39,382 nucleotides of DNA from Escherichia phage LL2. Positions 7,623-16,921 of the stretch are shown here, one piece after another. Made by a program: the position numbers and the translations under genes. The notes beneath the pieces were generated by a model. It was not told the origin of the DNA. It saw only the letters and a list, made by a program, of their open reading frames with translations, and ran no database searches. Position 1 is the stretch's first letter; the number at the start of each line of letters is the position of its first letter. The stretch lies in sequence record NC_048063.1. One strand, 5' to 3'.

Positions 7623-8025
7623 GTTATACCGGGAGGCTCCTTCGGGAGTCGTTTCCGCCTCTGGTAAACCTTTAGGGTATAAGCGGAAAGATGGCTACTG
7701 GATTCTCTCTTACGGTGGTAAACAAATGCTGGCACATCGTGTGGTCTGGATGTTGACCCACGGTGAAATCCCGGAAGGTATGGTCATTGACCACATCAAC
7801 AGGAACCCTAGTGATAACCGTATCGAAAACCTTCGGTGTGTCACTCAAGCTGTTAACTTATCTAATGTTGACGTCCGGTCTCATTGTTTAAGTGGCGAGA
7901 AGTATATTGCCCTTGACAAGAGAACCGGACGTTTTGCCGTTCGTATCAGGCGCAAATCCCACGGAACCTATGGAACCCTTGAGGAAGCTATATCCGTGCG
8001 AGATGCTGCCATTAACCCTCACTAA
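7552..8025 (+). CDS. Freestanding HNH homing endonuclease with AP2-like DNA-binding tail
   Basis: HNH motif AHRVVWMLTHGEIPEGMVIDHINRNPSDNRIENLRCVTQAVN; C-terminal YIALDKRTGRFAVRIRRKSHGTYGTLEEA resembles AP2 domain; GGAGG RBS before ATG 7552; overlaps ligase 3' end by about 70 nt. Confidence 0.7.
   Translation: MAHCDTPHSPASEELRTIHKRKYKLYREAPSGVVSASGKPLGYKRKDGYWILSYGGKQMLAHRVVWMLTHGEIPEGMVIDHINRNPSDNRIENLRCVTQAVNLSNVDVRSHCLSGEKYIALDKRTGRFAVRIRRKSHGTYGTLEEAISVRDAAINPH
7631..7656 (+). terminator. Candidate early terminator-like hairpin (TE-like), GGCTCC-TTCG-GGAGTC followed by GTTTCC
   Basis: 6-bp stem with UUCG tetraloop 9 nt after ligase stop, same position and CCTTCGGG core as T7 TE; U-tract is weak and the element lies inside the HNH ORF. 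Confidence 0.35.
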
Positions 8026-8032
8026 CAGGAGA
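8010..8032 (+). promoter_or_regulatory. Phage RNAP promoter (phi1.5-like) CATTAACCCTCACTAACAGGAGA
   Basis: Consensus match; contains the stop codon of the HNH ORF. Confidence 0.7.
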
Positions 8033-8040
8033 CACACACC

Positions 8041-8118
8041 ATGTGGCTTATCCTATTCGCTATCGTCGCAACGCTTGGATTAATGGCTGCCGACGACAAC
8101 ATTTGGCCTGATTGTTAA
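8041..8118 (+). CDS. Micro-ORF, 25 aa hydrophobic peptide (gene 1.5-position)
   Basis: MWLILFAIVATLGLMAADDNIWPDC; AGGAG RBS 9 nt upstream; immediately after promoter. Confidence 0.3.
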   Translation: MWLILFAIVATLGLMAADDNIWPDC

Positions 8119-8130
8119 GGAGACAACATC

Positions 8131-8388
8131 ATGCGTTTACACTTCAACACATCAAACGGTATCTTTTCGGTTCGCCGTGAAGACCGCTCTACAGCAGTGG
8201 CCTCTGAGCGCAACGCCAAGCTGCCGCTGATTGGTTCGGTCGTACCATTGTCGCCGCGTGTTCACCTACTGATAACTCGTGGAGAGTTCATTAAGGCGAT
8301 GAACAAAGAGCGCCCACATCTGGAAGCCGTGGTAACTTACTGGCCTCGCATCCGTCTGTTCGTTAAGTGGATTAAGGAGGTGCTGTAA
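8131..8388 (+). CDS. 1.6: Gene 1.6-position protein, 85 aa, unknown function
   Basis: Strong RBS AAGGAG; size and position match T7 gene 1.6 (88 aa). Confidence 0.6.
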   Translation: MRLHFNTSNGIFSVRREDRSTAVASERNAKLPLIGSVVPLSPRVHLLITRGEFIKAMNKERPHLEAVVTYWPRIRLFVKWIKEVL

Positions 8389-8867
8389 TGTTACAACATC
8401 ATTGGAACAAACCAGACTTAGAGGCTCGCTTCCCGGTTAACTCTGCCGTTCGTTATTCAGGAGCGAACCCTTTGTTCAAGGGTCTGACCGGAACAGTGCA
8501 GGGCTACTCTAACACTGGTCGAGTCAATGTTCGCTTCGGTGTTCGTGAGGCTGAGGTACACCCTGCCGTACTAATCCCACTACCGAAAGTCGGCCAGAAG
8601 GTTGACGCGCCGAAATCAGAAGTCAAGTCTGACGTGACCCATCCGAACCACTACATGCTGTTCGACAACGTGGAAGCCATTGAGGTTATCGCCCGGTCAA
8701 TGACCGTAGAGCAATTCAAAGGCTACGTGCTGGGGAACATCCTGAAATACCGTCTGCGTGCTGGTAAGAAATCCGAACTGGCAACGATGGAGAAAGACCT
8801 TAAGAAAGCGGCTTTCTATCAGGAACTGTTTGACAAGTATAAGGGGCTGTGCTATGACGCTTCGTGA
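8388..8867 (+). CDS. 1.7: Gene 1.7-like protein (nucleotide kinase family), 159 aa
   Basis: ATG overlaps previous stop; RBS AAGGAGG; C-terminal [16 protein letters not shown]...[13 protein letters not shown] resembles T7 gp1.7 conserved region. Confidence 0.65.
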   Translation: MLQHHWNKPDLEARFPVNSAVRYSGANPLFKGLTGTVQGYSNTGRVNVRFGVREAEVHPAVLIPLPKVGQKVDAPKSEVKSDVTHPNHYMLFDNVEAIEVIARSMTVEQFKGYVLGNILKYRLRAGKKSELATMEKDLKKAAFYQELFDKYKGLCYDAS

Positions 8868-9000
8868 ATGCTGCGATTGGTGTGCCGCTAAGTGGAACCA
8901 AGCTATCGAGGCTGGTGACGAGGCTGCTGCCAACGCCTACCAACAACTGTACGCGCTGTGGGAGCGGCGCTTTAAGGAGGCTCAAAGTGGAGCAACGTGA
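8854..9000 (+). CDS. 1.8: Gene 1.8-like small Cys-rich protein (48 aa)
   Basis: [23 protein letters not shown]...; same length as T7 gene 1.8; RBS AAGGGG. Confidence 0.55.
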   Translation: MTLRECCDWCAAKWNQAIEAGDEAAANAYQQLYALWERRFKEAQSGAT

Positions 9001-9151
9001 ACAGAAATACCTTCTGACAATGGAAGGTAACACCGAGTCCTTTGAGATTCCGGTATTCGCCCGGTCTCTCGAAGAGGCAACGCTACAGGCTGAACATTAC
9101 GAGGACGCAGGGTTCGTAGTGACCCGCATCCGTCCAGAAGTGAAAGCCTAA
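8987..9151 (+). CDS. 2: Host RNA polymerase inhibitor (gene 2), GTG start
   Basis: AAGGAGG RBS then GTG; product ...[38 protein letters not shown] resembles T7 gp2 (...[35 protein letters not shown]). Confidence 0.65.
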   Translation: MEQREQKYLLTMEGNTESFEIPVFARSLEEATLQAEHYEDAGFVVTRIRPEVKA

Positions 9152-9171
9152 TTACCCTCACTAAAGGGAAC
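9150..9171 (+). promoter_or_regulatory. Phage RNAP promoter (phi2.5-like) AATTA-CCCTCACTAAAGGGAAC
   Basis: Consensus match with one-base deletion (same variant as phiOL). Confidence 0.65.
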
Positions 9172-9203
9172 AACCCAATCATTAACCACAAAGGAGAAAC
9201 ATT

Positions 9204-9902
9204 ATGGCTGGTTTCAAGAAGAAAATCTACACCTCTGGTCTTGGCACTGCTGAGCCTTATGCTTACCTGAGTAAGCCGGATTATGGCAACGAAGAGCGCG
9301 GCTTCGGCAACCCCCGTGGTGTCTATAAGGTAGACCTGACTCTTTCCAATAAAGACCCGCGCTGTCAGGCGATGGTCGATGAAATCGTGAAGTGTCACGA
9401 AGAGGCTTATACTGCTGCCGTGGAAGAGTTCGAAGCTAACCCACCGCAGGCACAGCGTGGTAAGAAACCACTGAAACCTTACGAGGGCGACATGCCGTTC
9501 TTCGATAATGGTGACGGTACGACTACCTTCAAGTTCAAATGCTATGCGTCTTTCCAAGATAAGAAGACCAAAGAGACCAAACACATCAATCTGGTAGTGG
9601 TCGATAGCAAAGGTAAGAAGATTCAGGAAGTGCCGATTATCGGTGGCGGCTCCAAGCTGAAAGTGAAATACTCTCTGGTGCCTTACAAGTGGAACACCGC
9701 TGTTGGCGCAAGCGTCAAGCTGCAACTTGAGTCCGTGATGCTGGTCGAACTGGCTACCTTCGGTGGTGGCGGTGAAGATGAGTGGGCCGATGAAGTCGAA
9801 GATGGTGGTTACACTGCTAGTGAATCCCGTCAGTCCCGCGATGAGCAGGAGTGGCAGGAAGACGAGCACGAAGAAACCCCGGATGAGGATGAGGATTTTT
9901 AA
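9204..9902 (+). CDS. 2.5: Single-stranded DNA-binding protein (gene 2.5)
   Basis: 232 aa, same length as T7 gp2.5; MAGFKKKIYTSGLGTAEPYAYL... and acidic C-terminal tail ending DEDEDF. Confidence 0.92.
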   Translation: MAGFKKKIYTSGLGTAEPYAYLSKPDYGNEERGFGNPRGVYKVDLTLSNKDPRCQAMVDEIVKCHEEAYTAAVEEFEANPPQAQRGKKPLKPYEGDMPFFDNGDGTTTFKFKCYASFQDKKTKETKHINLVVVDSKGKKIQEVPIIGGGSKLKVKYSLVPYKWNTAVGASVKLQLESVMLVELATFGGGGEDEWADEVEDGGYTASESRQSRDEQEWQEDEHEETPDEDEDF

Positions 9903-10379
9903 ATGGAACTTAGAGAGAAACTAAAGGCTTACAGCGAAGTTTCTCATAACGGGTGCTGGGAGTGGCAACGCTACCGGATGCCCTGTGGTTACGGTAGGAT
10001 TAGACACGGAGGCCGGATGGAACTAACGCATCGTCTATCCTACCTAGCATTCAACGGGGATATACCTGATGGTCTTGTTGTTCGACATAAGTGTGACAAC
10101 AAATGCTGCGTTAACCCTGAGCACCTTACGCTGGGTACTCAAAATGACAACGTTAAGGATGCAATAGACCGTGGTCAATTCGTCTACAGGGAGAACCCGA
10201 AAGGTGCAAAGCACCACATGGCTAAACTTAATGAGAAACAGGTTATGGAGGTTTACAACTCGACACAGACCCAAAGCAGCCTAGCAGAGACCTATGGTGT
10301 ATCTCGACAATTAATCAGCGCGATTAAGAGAGGTAAACTATGGCAGCACGTTACGCAGCACGCGGAGTTAAACGAGTAG
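9903..10379 (+). CDS. Freestanding HNH homing endonuclease with C-terminal helix-turn-helix
   Basis: HNH core RHKCDNKCCVNPEHLTLGTQNDN; C-terminal SLAETYGVSRQLISAIKRG looks like an HTH; occupies the position of T7 gene 2.8. Confidence 0.75.
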   Translation: MELREKLKAYSEVSHNGCWEWQRYRMPCGYGRIRHGGRMELTHRLSYLAFNGDIPDGLVVRHKCDNKCCVNPEHLTLGTQNDNVKDAIDRGQFVYRENPKGAKHHMAKLNEKQVMEVYNSTQTQSSLAETYGVSRQLISAIKRGKLWQHVTQHAELNE

Positions 10380-10795
10380 GCTCATATAGAAGCGGCTTAG
10401 AGCAGAAGAACATGGAGATGCTGGAACGTAATGGAATCAAAGGACAGTATGAAATGTGGTCTATTCCCTATGTTATCCCTGCATCGAACCACAAGTACAC
10501 ACCAGACATAATCCTACCCAATGGAATCATTATTGAGACCAAGGGTCTATGGGATAGTGAAGACCGTAAGAAACACTTACTGATTCGTGAGCAGATGCCT
10601 GAGTTGGATATTCGTTTGGTATTCTCTTCGAGCCGCTCTAAGTTATACAAAGGGTCTCCAACCAGTTACGGTGAGTGGGCCGAAAAGCATGGTATTCTAT
10701 TTGCTGACAAGCTGATTCCTGTGGAGTGGCTTAAAGAACCTAAGAAGGAGATACCGTGGGATAAACTAATTGCAAAGAAAGGAGTTAAGAAATAA
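10340..10795 (+). CDS. 3: Endonuclease I, Holliday-junction resolvase (gene 3)
   Basis: IPYVIPASNHKYTPDIILPNG...KGLWDSEDRKKHLLIREQMPELDIRLVFSSSRSKLYKGSPTSYGEWAEKHGI nearly identical to T7 endo I. Confidence 0.92.
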   Translation: MAARYAARGVKRVGSYRSGLEQKNMEMLERNGIKGQYEMWSIPYVIPASNHKYTPDIILPNGIIIETKGLWDSEDRKKHLLIREQMPELDIRLVFSSSRSKLYKGSPTSYGEWAEKHGILFADKLIPVEWLKEPKKEIPWDKLIAKKGVKK

Positions 10796-11250
10796 TGGCT
10801 AAGGTACAATTCAAAACGCGCGCTTCTACGGAAGCAATCTTTGTTCACTGTAGTGCAACCAAGCCAAGCCAGAACATTGGCGTTCGTGAGATTCGTCAGT
10901 GGCACAAAGAGCAGGGCTGGTTAGACGTAGGATATCACTTCATCATCAAGCGTGATGGCACTGTGGAAGCAGGCCGCGATGAACTGGCTGTAGGTTCCCA
11001 CGTGAAAGATTACAATCACAACTCTATCGGTGTCTGCCTTGTGGGTGGTATCGACGACAAAGGTAAGTTTGACGCTAACTTTACTCCAGCCCAAATGCAA
11101 TCTCTTCGCTCACTGCTGGTCACACTGCTGGCGAAGTACGAAGGGTCTGTTCTCCGTGCTCATCACGATGTTGCACCTAAAGCCTGCCCATCATTCAACT
11201 TGAAGCGCTGGTGGGAGAAGGACGAACTGGTTACATCTGACCGAGGGTAA
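10795..11250 (+). CDS. 3.5: Lysozyme / N-acetylmuramoyl-L-alanine amidase, also RNAP inhibitor (gene 3.5)
   Basis: 151 aa; MAKVQFKTRAST...FVHCSAT...GYHFIIKRDG...HHDVAPKACPSF match T7 lysozyme. Confidence 0.93.
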   Translation: MAKVQFKTRASTEAIFVHCSATKPSQNIGVREIRQWHKEQGWLDVGYHFIIKRDGTVEAGRDELAVGSHVKDYNHNSIGVCLVGGIDDKGKFDANFTPAQMQSLRSLLVTLLAKYEGSVLRAHHDVAPKACPSFNLKRWWEKDELVTSDRG

Positions 11251-11254
11251 ACCA

Positions 11255-11362
11255 ATGAGGATGATTTGCATTCGTTGTGACAAGCCTTTGAAGAGTCGCG
11301 TACCATCACGTCAGTGTCAGTGCAAAGACCCAATCAAGGCTGAGGAACACACCGAGAAGTAA
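11255..11362 (+). CDS. Micro-ORF encoding a 35-aa putative zinc-ribbon peptide
   Basis: MRMICIRCDKPLKSRVPSRQCQCKDPIKAEEHTEK has CxxC...CxC; GAGGG 7 nt upstream; stop lies in next promoter. Confidence 0.35.
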   Translation: MRMICIRCDKPLKSRVPSRQCQCKDPIKAEEHTEK

Positions 11363-11383
11363 TTAACACTCACTAAAGGGATG
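11361..11383 (+). promoter_or_regulatory. Phage RNAP promoter variant (phi3.8-like) AATTAACACTCACTAAAGGGATG
   Basis: Consensus with C-to-A change in the CCC triplet. Confidence 0.55.
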
Positions 11384-11384
11384 A

Positions 11385-13177
<1,793 letters not shown>

Positions 13178-13179
<2 letters not shown>

Positions 13180-13200
13180 TTAACCCTCACTAACGGGAAC
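13178..13200 (+). promoter_or_regulatory. Phage RNAP promoter AATTAACCCTCACTAACGGGAAC
   Basis: Consensus match after gene 4. Confidence 0.7.
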
Positions 13201-13225
13201 AACCTCAAACCATAGGAGACACATC

Positions 13226-13438
13226 ATGTTTAAATTCATTAATGCTTTAGGTAAGCTGGTAGTTAAACTGTACTTCATCGAAGCCAAGAAGCTGGACAAG
13301 AAGGCCAAAGCTGATTCACAGCGAGCCATTGAGTTGGCGAAACAGTCCCGTGAGAAATCCGATGCGGCTGTTAGTGGCATCCACAAGTCGGCAGCGATTG
13401 CAGCCAAAGCACAGTCCATGAGCAAATTCTTTGAGTAA
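13226..13438 (+). CDS. 4.3: Gene 4.3-like protein, 70 aa
   Basis: Same length as T7 gp4.3; MFKFINALGKL...SKFFE resembles T7 MFKLIKKLGQL...SKFFE. Confidence 0.65.
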   Translation: MFKFINALGKLVVKLYFIEAKKLDKKAKADSQRAIELAKQSREKSDAAVSGIHKSAAIAAKAQSMSKFFE

Positions 13439-13450
13439 GGAGCGCACACT

Positions 13451-13735
13451 ATGAGCAAATCAATCACCCACGCAAACACCATCCGTCTGCCAGACACCGC
13501 TGACCAGTTCTCCCGCCGAGTACACATCAATGTGCGTGGTGAGAAGGTCACGATGGTCTACCGCTGGAAAGACCACAAGTCTCCGAAAGCACACACTCAA
13601 CGAATGACCTTGGATGACAAGCAGGTCGGTAGATTGATGGGTGCCCTGACTATGGCCGCTGACAAGGTGGTCGGTGATAACCGTGAGCGTCTGGTAGAGT
13701 TCGGCGCTGGTATGCAAGAGATTATCGAGAAGTGA
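13451..13735 (+). CDS. 4.5: Gene 4.5-like protein, 94 aa
   Basis: Position and size match T7 gene 4.5; strong RBS AAGGAG. Confidence 0.6.
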   Translation: MSKSITHANTIRLPDTADQFSRRVHINVRGEKVTMVYRWKDHKSPKAHTQRMTLDDKQVGRLMGALTMAADKVVGDNRERLVEFGAGMQEIIEK

Positions 13736-13736
13736 T

Positions 13737-13790
13737 AAACTCAAGGTCGCCAAAGGGTGGCCTTTATGATTATCATTTAGCACGAAACCA
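13737..13790 (+). promoter_or_regulatory. RNase III-site hairpin repeat (R4.7-like)
   Basis: AAACTCAAGGTCGCCAAAGGGTGGCCTTTATGATTATCATTTAGCACG. Confidence 0.45.
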
Positions 13791-13802
13791 AAGGAGGGCA
13801 TT

Positions 13803-15917
13803 ATGCTCGTAAGTGACATTGAGGCCAACAACCTCTTAGAGAAAGTCACCAAGTTTCACTGTGGCGTTATCTATGACTACCGTGATGGTGAGTATCATAG
13901 TTATCGTCCGGGCGACTTCGGGGCGTATCTGGATGCGCTGGAAGCCGAGGTGAAGCGAGGTGGGCTTATTGTTTTCCATAACGGTCACAAGTATGACGTT
14001 CCGGCTTTAGAGAAACTCGCAAAGCTGCAACTCAATCGTGACTTCAAGTTACCCCGTGAGAATTGTATTGACACATTGGTACTCTCGCGTTTACTTCATG
14101 CGAACCTTAAAGACACAGACATGGGGCTTCTTCGTTCCGGGAAACTACCCGGTCGTCGCTTCGGGTCTCACGCTCTTGAGGCATGGGGTTATCGCTTGGG
14201 CGAGATGAAAGGTGAATACAAGGACGACTTCAAGGCTATGCTGGAAGAGCAGGGCGAAGAGTATGTTGATGGTGCTGAGTGGGTTTCGTTCAACGAGCCG
14301 ATGATGGCGTATAACGTTCAAGACGTTGTGGTCACTGTCAAGCTATTAGAAAAATTCCTTACAGACCTCCACTACTTCCCTGCGGGTATGGACTTCACGA
14401 AGTACGATGCGGATTTATTCTGGCGTGAAGCTGGTGAGTCTGTGGATATTGAACATCGTGCAGCGTGGCTTTTAGCGAAGCAGGAGCGTAACGGCTTCCC
14501 GTTCAACACCAAGGCAATTGAGGAACTTTATGTAGAACTTGCAGCGAAACGCGCCGAACTTCTTAGAAAGCTAACCGAAACGTTTGGCTCATGGTATCAA
14601 CCGAAAGGTGGTAAGGAGCTCTTCAAGCACCCACGGACAGGCAAACCACTTCCGAGTTATCCTCGCGTGGTCTATCCGAAACAGGGTGGCGTGTACAAGA
14701 AGCCTCGTAATAAGGCACAGCGCGAAGGTCTTGAACCTTGCGACTTGGACACTAGGGATTACATGGAGGGTGCTCCATATACTCCGGTCGAGTTCGTTAC
14801 GTTCAAGCCAAGTAGCCGTGACCACATTCAGAAGAAACTACAGGAGGCCGGATGGGTGCCTGAGAAGTTCACCGAGAATGGTGCGCCTGTGGTTGACGAT
14901 GAGGTCTTGGAGCATGTACGAGTGGATGACCCTGAGAAGCAGGCGTGCATTGACTTGATTAAAGAGTACCTGATGATACAGAAGCGTATCGGTCAGGCGG
15001 CAGAAGGTGACAAAGCGTGGTTACGTTATGTTCAAGATGACGGTAAGATTCACGGAGCCGTTAACCCTAACGGTGCAGTTACTGGTCGTGCTACTCATAG
15101 TTTCCCAAACCTTGCACAAGTACCCGGAGTTCGTTCTCCTTACGGGGAGCAGTGTCGTAGTGCTTTTGGTGCTGAACATCATTTGGATGGGATTACTGGC
15201 AAGCCGTGGGTGCAAGCTGGGATAGACGCCAGTGGCTTAGAGTTGCGCTGTCTGGCACACTTCATGGCTCGTTTCGATAACGGAGAGTATGCGAATGAGA
15301 TTCTCAACGGTGACATTCACACCAAGAACCAGAACGCTGCGGAACTCCCAACGCGAGACAACGCCAAGACCTTCATTTACGGGTTCCTTTACGGAGCAGG
15401 AGATGAGAAGATTGGTCAGATTGTTGGGGCCGGGAAGGAGCGCGGGAAAGAACTCAAGAAGAAATTCTTAGAGAACACCCCAGCGATTGCAGCGCTACGG
15501 GAAGCTATCCAACAGTCTCTCGTTAAGTCTTCCGCTTGGATTGGCGGAGAGCAGAAAGTCCAGTGGAAACGCCGCTGGATTAAAGGTCTGGATGGTCGCA
15601 AGGTTCACGTCAGGTCTCCACACGCAGCGCTCAACACATTGTTGCAGTCTGCTGGTGCTCTGATTTGTAAGCTGTGGATTATCAAGACCGAAGAGATGCT
15701 CATTGAGAAAGGCTTGAAGCATGGCTGGGATGGTGACTTTGCGCAGATGGGATGGATTCATGATGAAGTCCAGATTGCGTGCCGCACAGAAGAGATAGCC
15801 AAGGTCGTCGTAGAGGTAGCTCAAGAAGCTATGCGATGGGTTGGCGAACATTGGAACTTCCGTTGTCGCTTAGACACAGAAGGTAAGATTGGCCCGAACT
15901 GGGCGGTTTGTCACTAA
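13803..15917 (+). CDS. 5: DNA polymerase (gene 5), family A with 3'-5' exonuclease
   Basis: 704 aa, identical length to T7 DNAP; MLVSDIEANNLLEKVTKFHCGVIYDY (exo motif), DASGLELR, YGFLYGAG, HDE motifs. Confidence 0.97.
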   Translation: MLVSDIEANNLLEKVTKFHCGVIYDYRDGEYHSYRPGDFGAYLDALEAEVKRGGLIVFHNGHKYDVPALEKLAKLQLNRDFKLPRENCIDTLVLSRLLHANLKDTDMGLLRSGKLPGRRFGSHALEAWGYRLGEMKGEYKDDFKAMLEEQGEEYVDGAEWVSFNEPMMAYNVQDVVVTVKLLEKFLTDLHYFPAGMDFTKYDADLFWREAGESVDIEHRAAWLLAKQERNGFPFNTKAIEELYVELAAKRAELLRKLTETFGSWYQPKGGKELFKHPRTGKPLPSYPRVVYPKQGGVYKKPRNKAQREGLEPCDLDTRDYMEGAPYTPVEFVTFKPSSRDHIQKKLQEAGWVPEKFTENGAPVVDDEVLEHVRVDDPEKQACIDLIKEYLMIQKRIGQAAEGDKAWLRYVQDDGKIHGAVNPNGAVTGRATHSFPNLAQVPGVRSPYGEQCRSAFGAEHHLDGITGKPWVQAGIDASGLELRCLAHFMARFDNGEYANEILNGDIHTKNQNAAELPTRDNAKTFIYGFLYGAGDEKIGQIVGAGKERGKELKKKFLENTPAIAALREAIQQSLVKSSAWIGGEQKVQWKRRWIKGLDGRKVHVRSPHAALNTLLQSAGALICKLWIIKTEEMLIEKGLKHGWDGDFAQMGWIHDEVQIACRTEEIAKVVVEVAQEAMRWVGEHWNFRCRLDTEGKIGPNWAVCH

Positions 15918-15926
15918 GGAGGATTT

Positions 15927-16295
15927 ATGGGAGGCGTGGCTACACTAAGGTTCCACAAGATGCCGACCGGGTGTGTAGTCTGCGTTTCGCATAAGCGTAA
16001 TCACGATGGCTACTTCCGGTACAGCGTAGGGTCGTCCAGAAAGGGCGAGAAGAAAATGTTCATGTTTCACCGATGGGTTTGGGAGCAACACCGTGGGCCG
16101 ATACCAGAAGGGTACGAGATAGACCACTTGTGTCTGAACCGTGGGTGCTGCAACGTAGAACACTTGCAGTGCATCCCGAAGCGTGAGCACATAATCAAAA
16201 CCAACAAAGAGCGCAAGCTCGTAAAGGAGATTCATCATGGGTATGAACAAACAATTCAAAGTAACTTTCAACGTGACCGCAACCCTGAGCGATGA
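15927..16295 (+). CDS. Freestanding HNH endonuclease (gene 5.3-position)
   Basis: HNH core EIDHLCLNRGCCNVEHLQCIP plus upstream Cys pair CVVCVSHKRNHDGY; AAGGAGG RBS; 3' end overlaps gene 5.5 start by about 59 nt. Confidence 0.7.
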   Translation: MGGVATLRFHKMPTGCVVCVSHKRNHDGYFRYSVGSSRKGEKKMFMFHRWVWEQHRGPIPEGYEIDHLCLNRGCCNVEHLQCIPKREHIIKTNKERKLVKEIHHGYEQTIQSNFQRDRNPER

Positions 16296-16536
16296 GCAGG
16301 AAGCGGAGTTCATGCAGGCGCTGAAAGAGATGGCGAAAGACCCGAAGCGTGGGCCTTACTTCGACAACATTCTGGTAGCCGCTCTGACTCATGGGCCGGA
16401 AGGTGCCTTTGAGCAGGTGCTGAAACAGGGTCTGCGTGAGTTCGTCAAGGAAGAACTTGGCAAAGAGTGCGCTCGTCGTTCAGTCGATGAGTTCGTCCTC
16501 AAGGTGGCCCCGGCGAAAGTGGAGGTTATCCGATGA
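16237..16536 (+). CDS. 5.5: Gene 5.5-like protein (H-NS binding family), 99 aa
   Basis: Same length as T7 gp5.5; position after DNAP; RBS AAGGAG. Confidence 0.7.
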   Translation: MGMNKQFKVTFNVTATLSDEQEAEFMQALKEMAKDPKRGPYFDNILVAALTHGPEGAFEQVLKQGLREFVKEELGKECARRSVDEFVLKVAPAKVEVIR

Positions 16537-16742
16537 GTGAATACCTGAAAGTGCTGGCAGCTATCAAGGGTTGCCCTAAGTCCTTTCAGTCGAACTATGT
16601 GCGAAACAATGCGGCTCTCGTAGCTGAGGCCGCTTCTCGTGGACACATTAGCTGTTTGACTGTGGGTGGTCGCAATGGTGGAGCATGGGAGGTCACAGCC
16701 GCTGGTGTGCGCTTCCTGAAACGAATGGGAGGTTGCGTATGA
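16533..16742 (+). CDS. 5.7: Gene 5.7-like protein, 69 aa
   Basis: Same length as T7 gp5.7; start overlaps 5.5 stop (ATGA). Confidence 0.65.
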   Translation: MSEYLKVLAAIKGCPKSFQSNYVRNNAALVAEAASRGHISCLTVGGRNGGAWEVTAAGVRFLKRMGGCV

Positions 16743-16921
16743 TTATGCCAAAGAGTGACACTGTAACGATGACCCGTGATGCGTGGAACGATGTTAGCGC
16801 GTACATTGATAAGCTGGAGAAAGACCTAGAGTTCCTGAATGCGCTTAAGGCGTGTGGTGTGGATAATTGGGACGGATACTCTGATGCAGTCGAAATGGTT
16901 TACGGGGAGGGTGACCTATGA
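16739..16921 (+). CDS. Gene 5.9-position small acidic protein (RecBCD-inhibitor position), 60 aa
   Basis: ATG 16739 with GGGAGG RBS; acidic, similar size and placement to T7 gp5.9; sequence similarity only modest (...RD.WND...YID.LE...). Confidence 0.5.
   Translation: MIMPKSDTVTMTRDAWNDVSAYIDKLEKDLEFLNALKACGVDNWDGYSDAVEMVYGEGDL

Noticed and set aside
7892-8083. 63-aa ORF overlapping the HNH 3' end and phi1.5
   Set aside because: Different frame from the HNH domain, runs across the promoter, lacks an RBS; the 25-aa ORF at 8041..8118 is a better candidate downstream.
8982-9869. 295-aa ORF on the minus strand
   Set aside because: Entirely antisense to the well-supported SSB gene (9204..9902) and flanking genes; no RBS, no recognisable domain; T7-like genomes are transcribed from one strand only.
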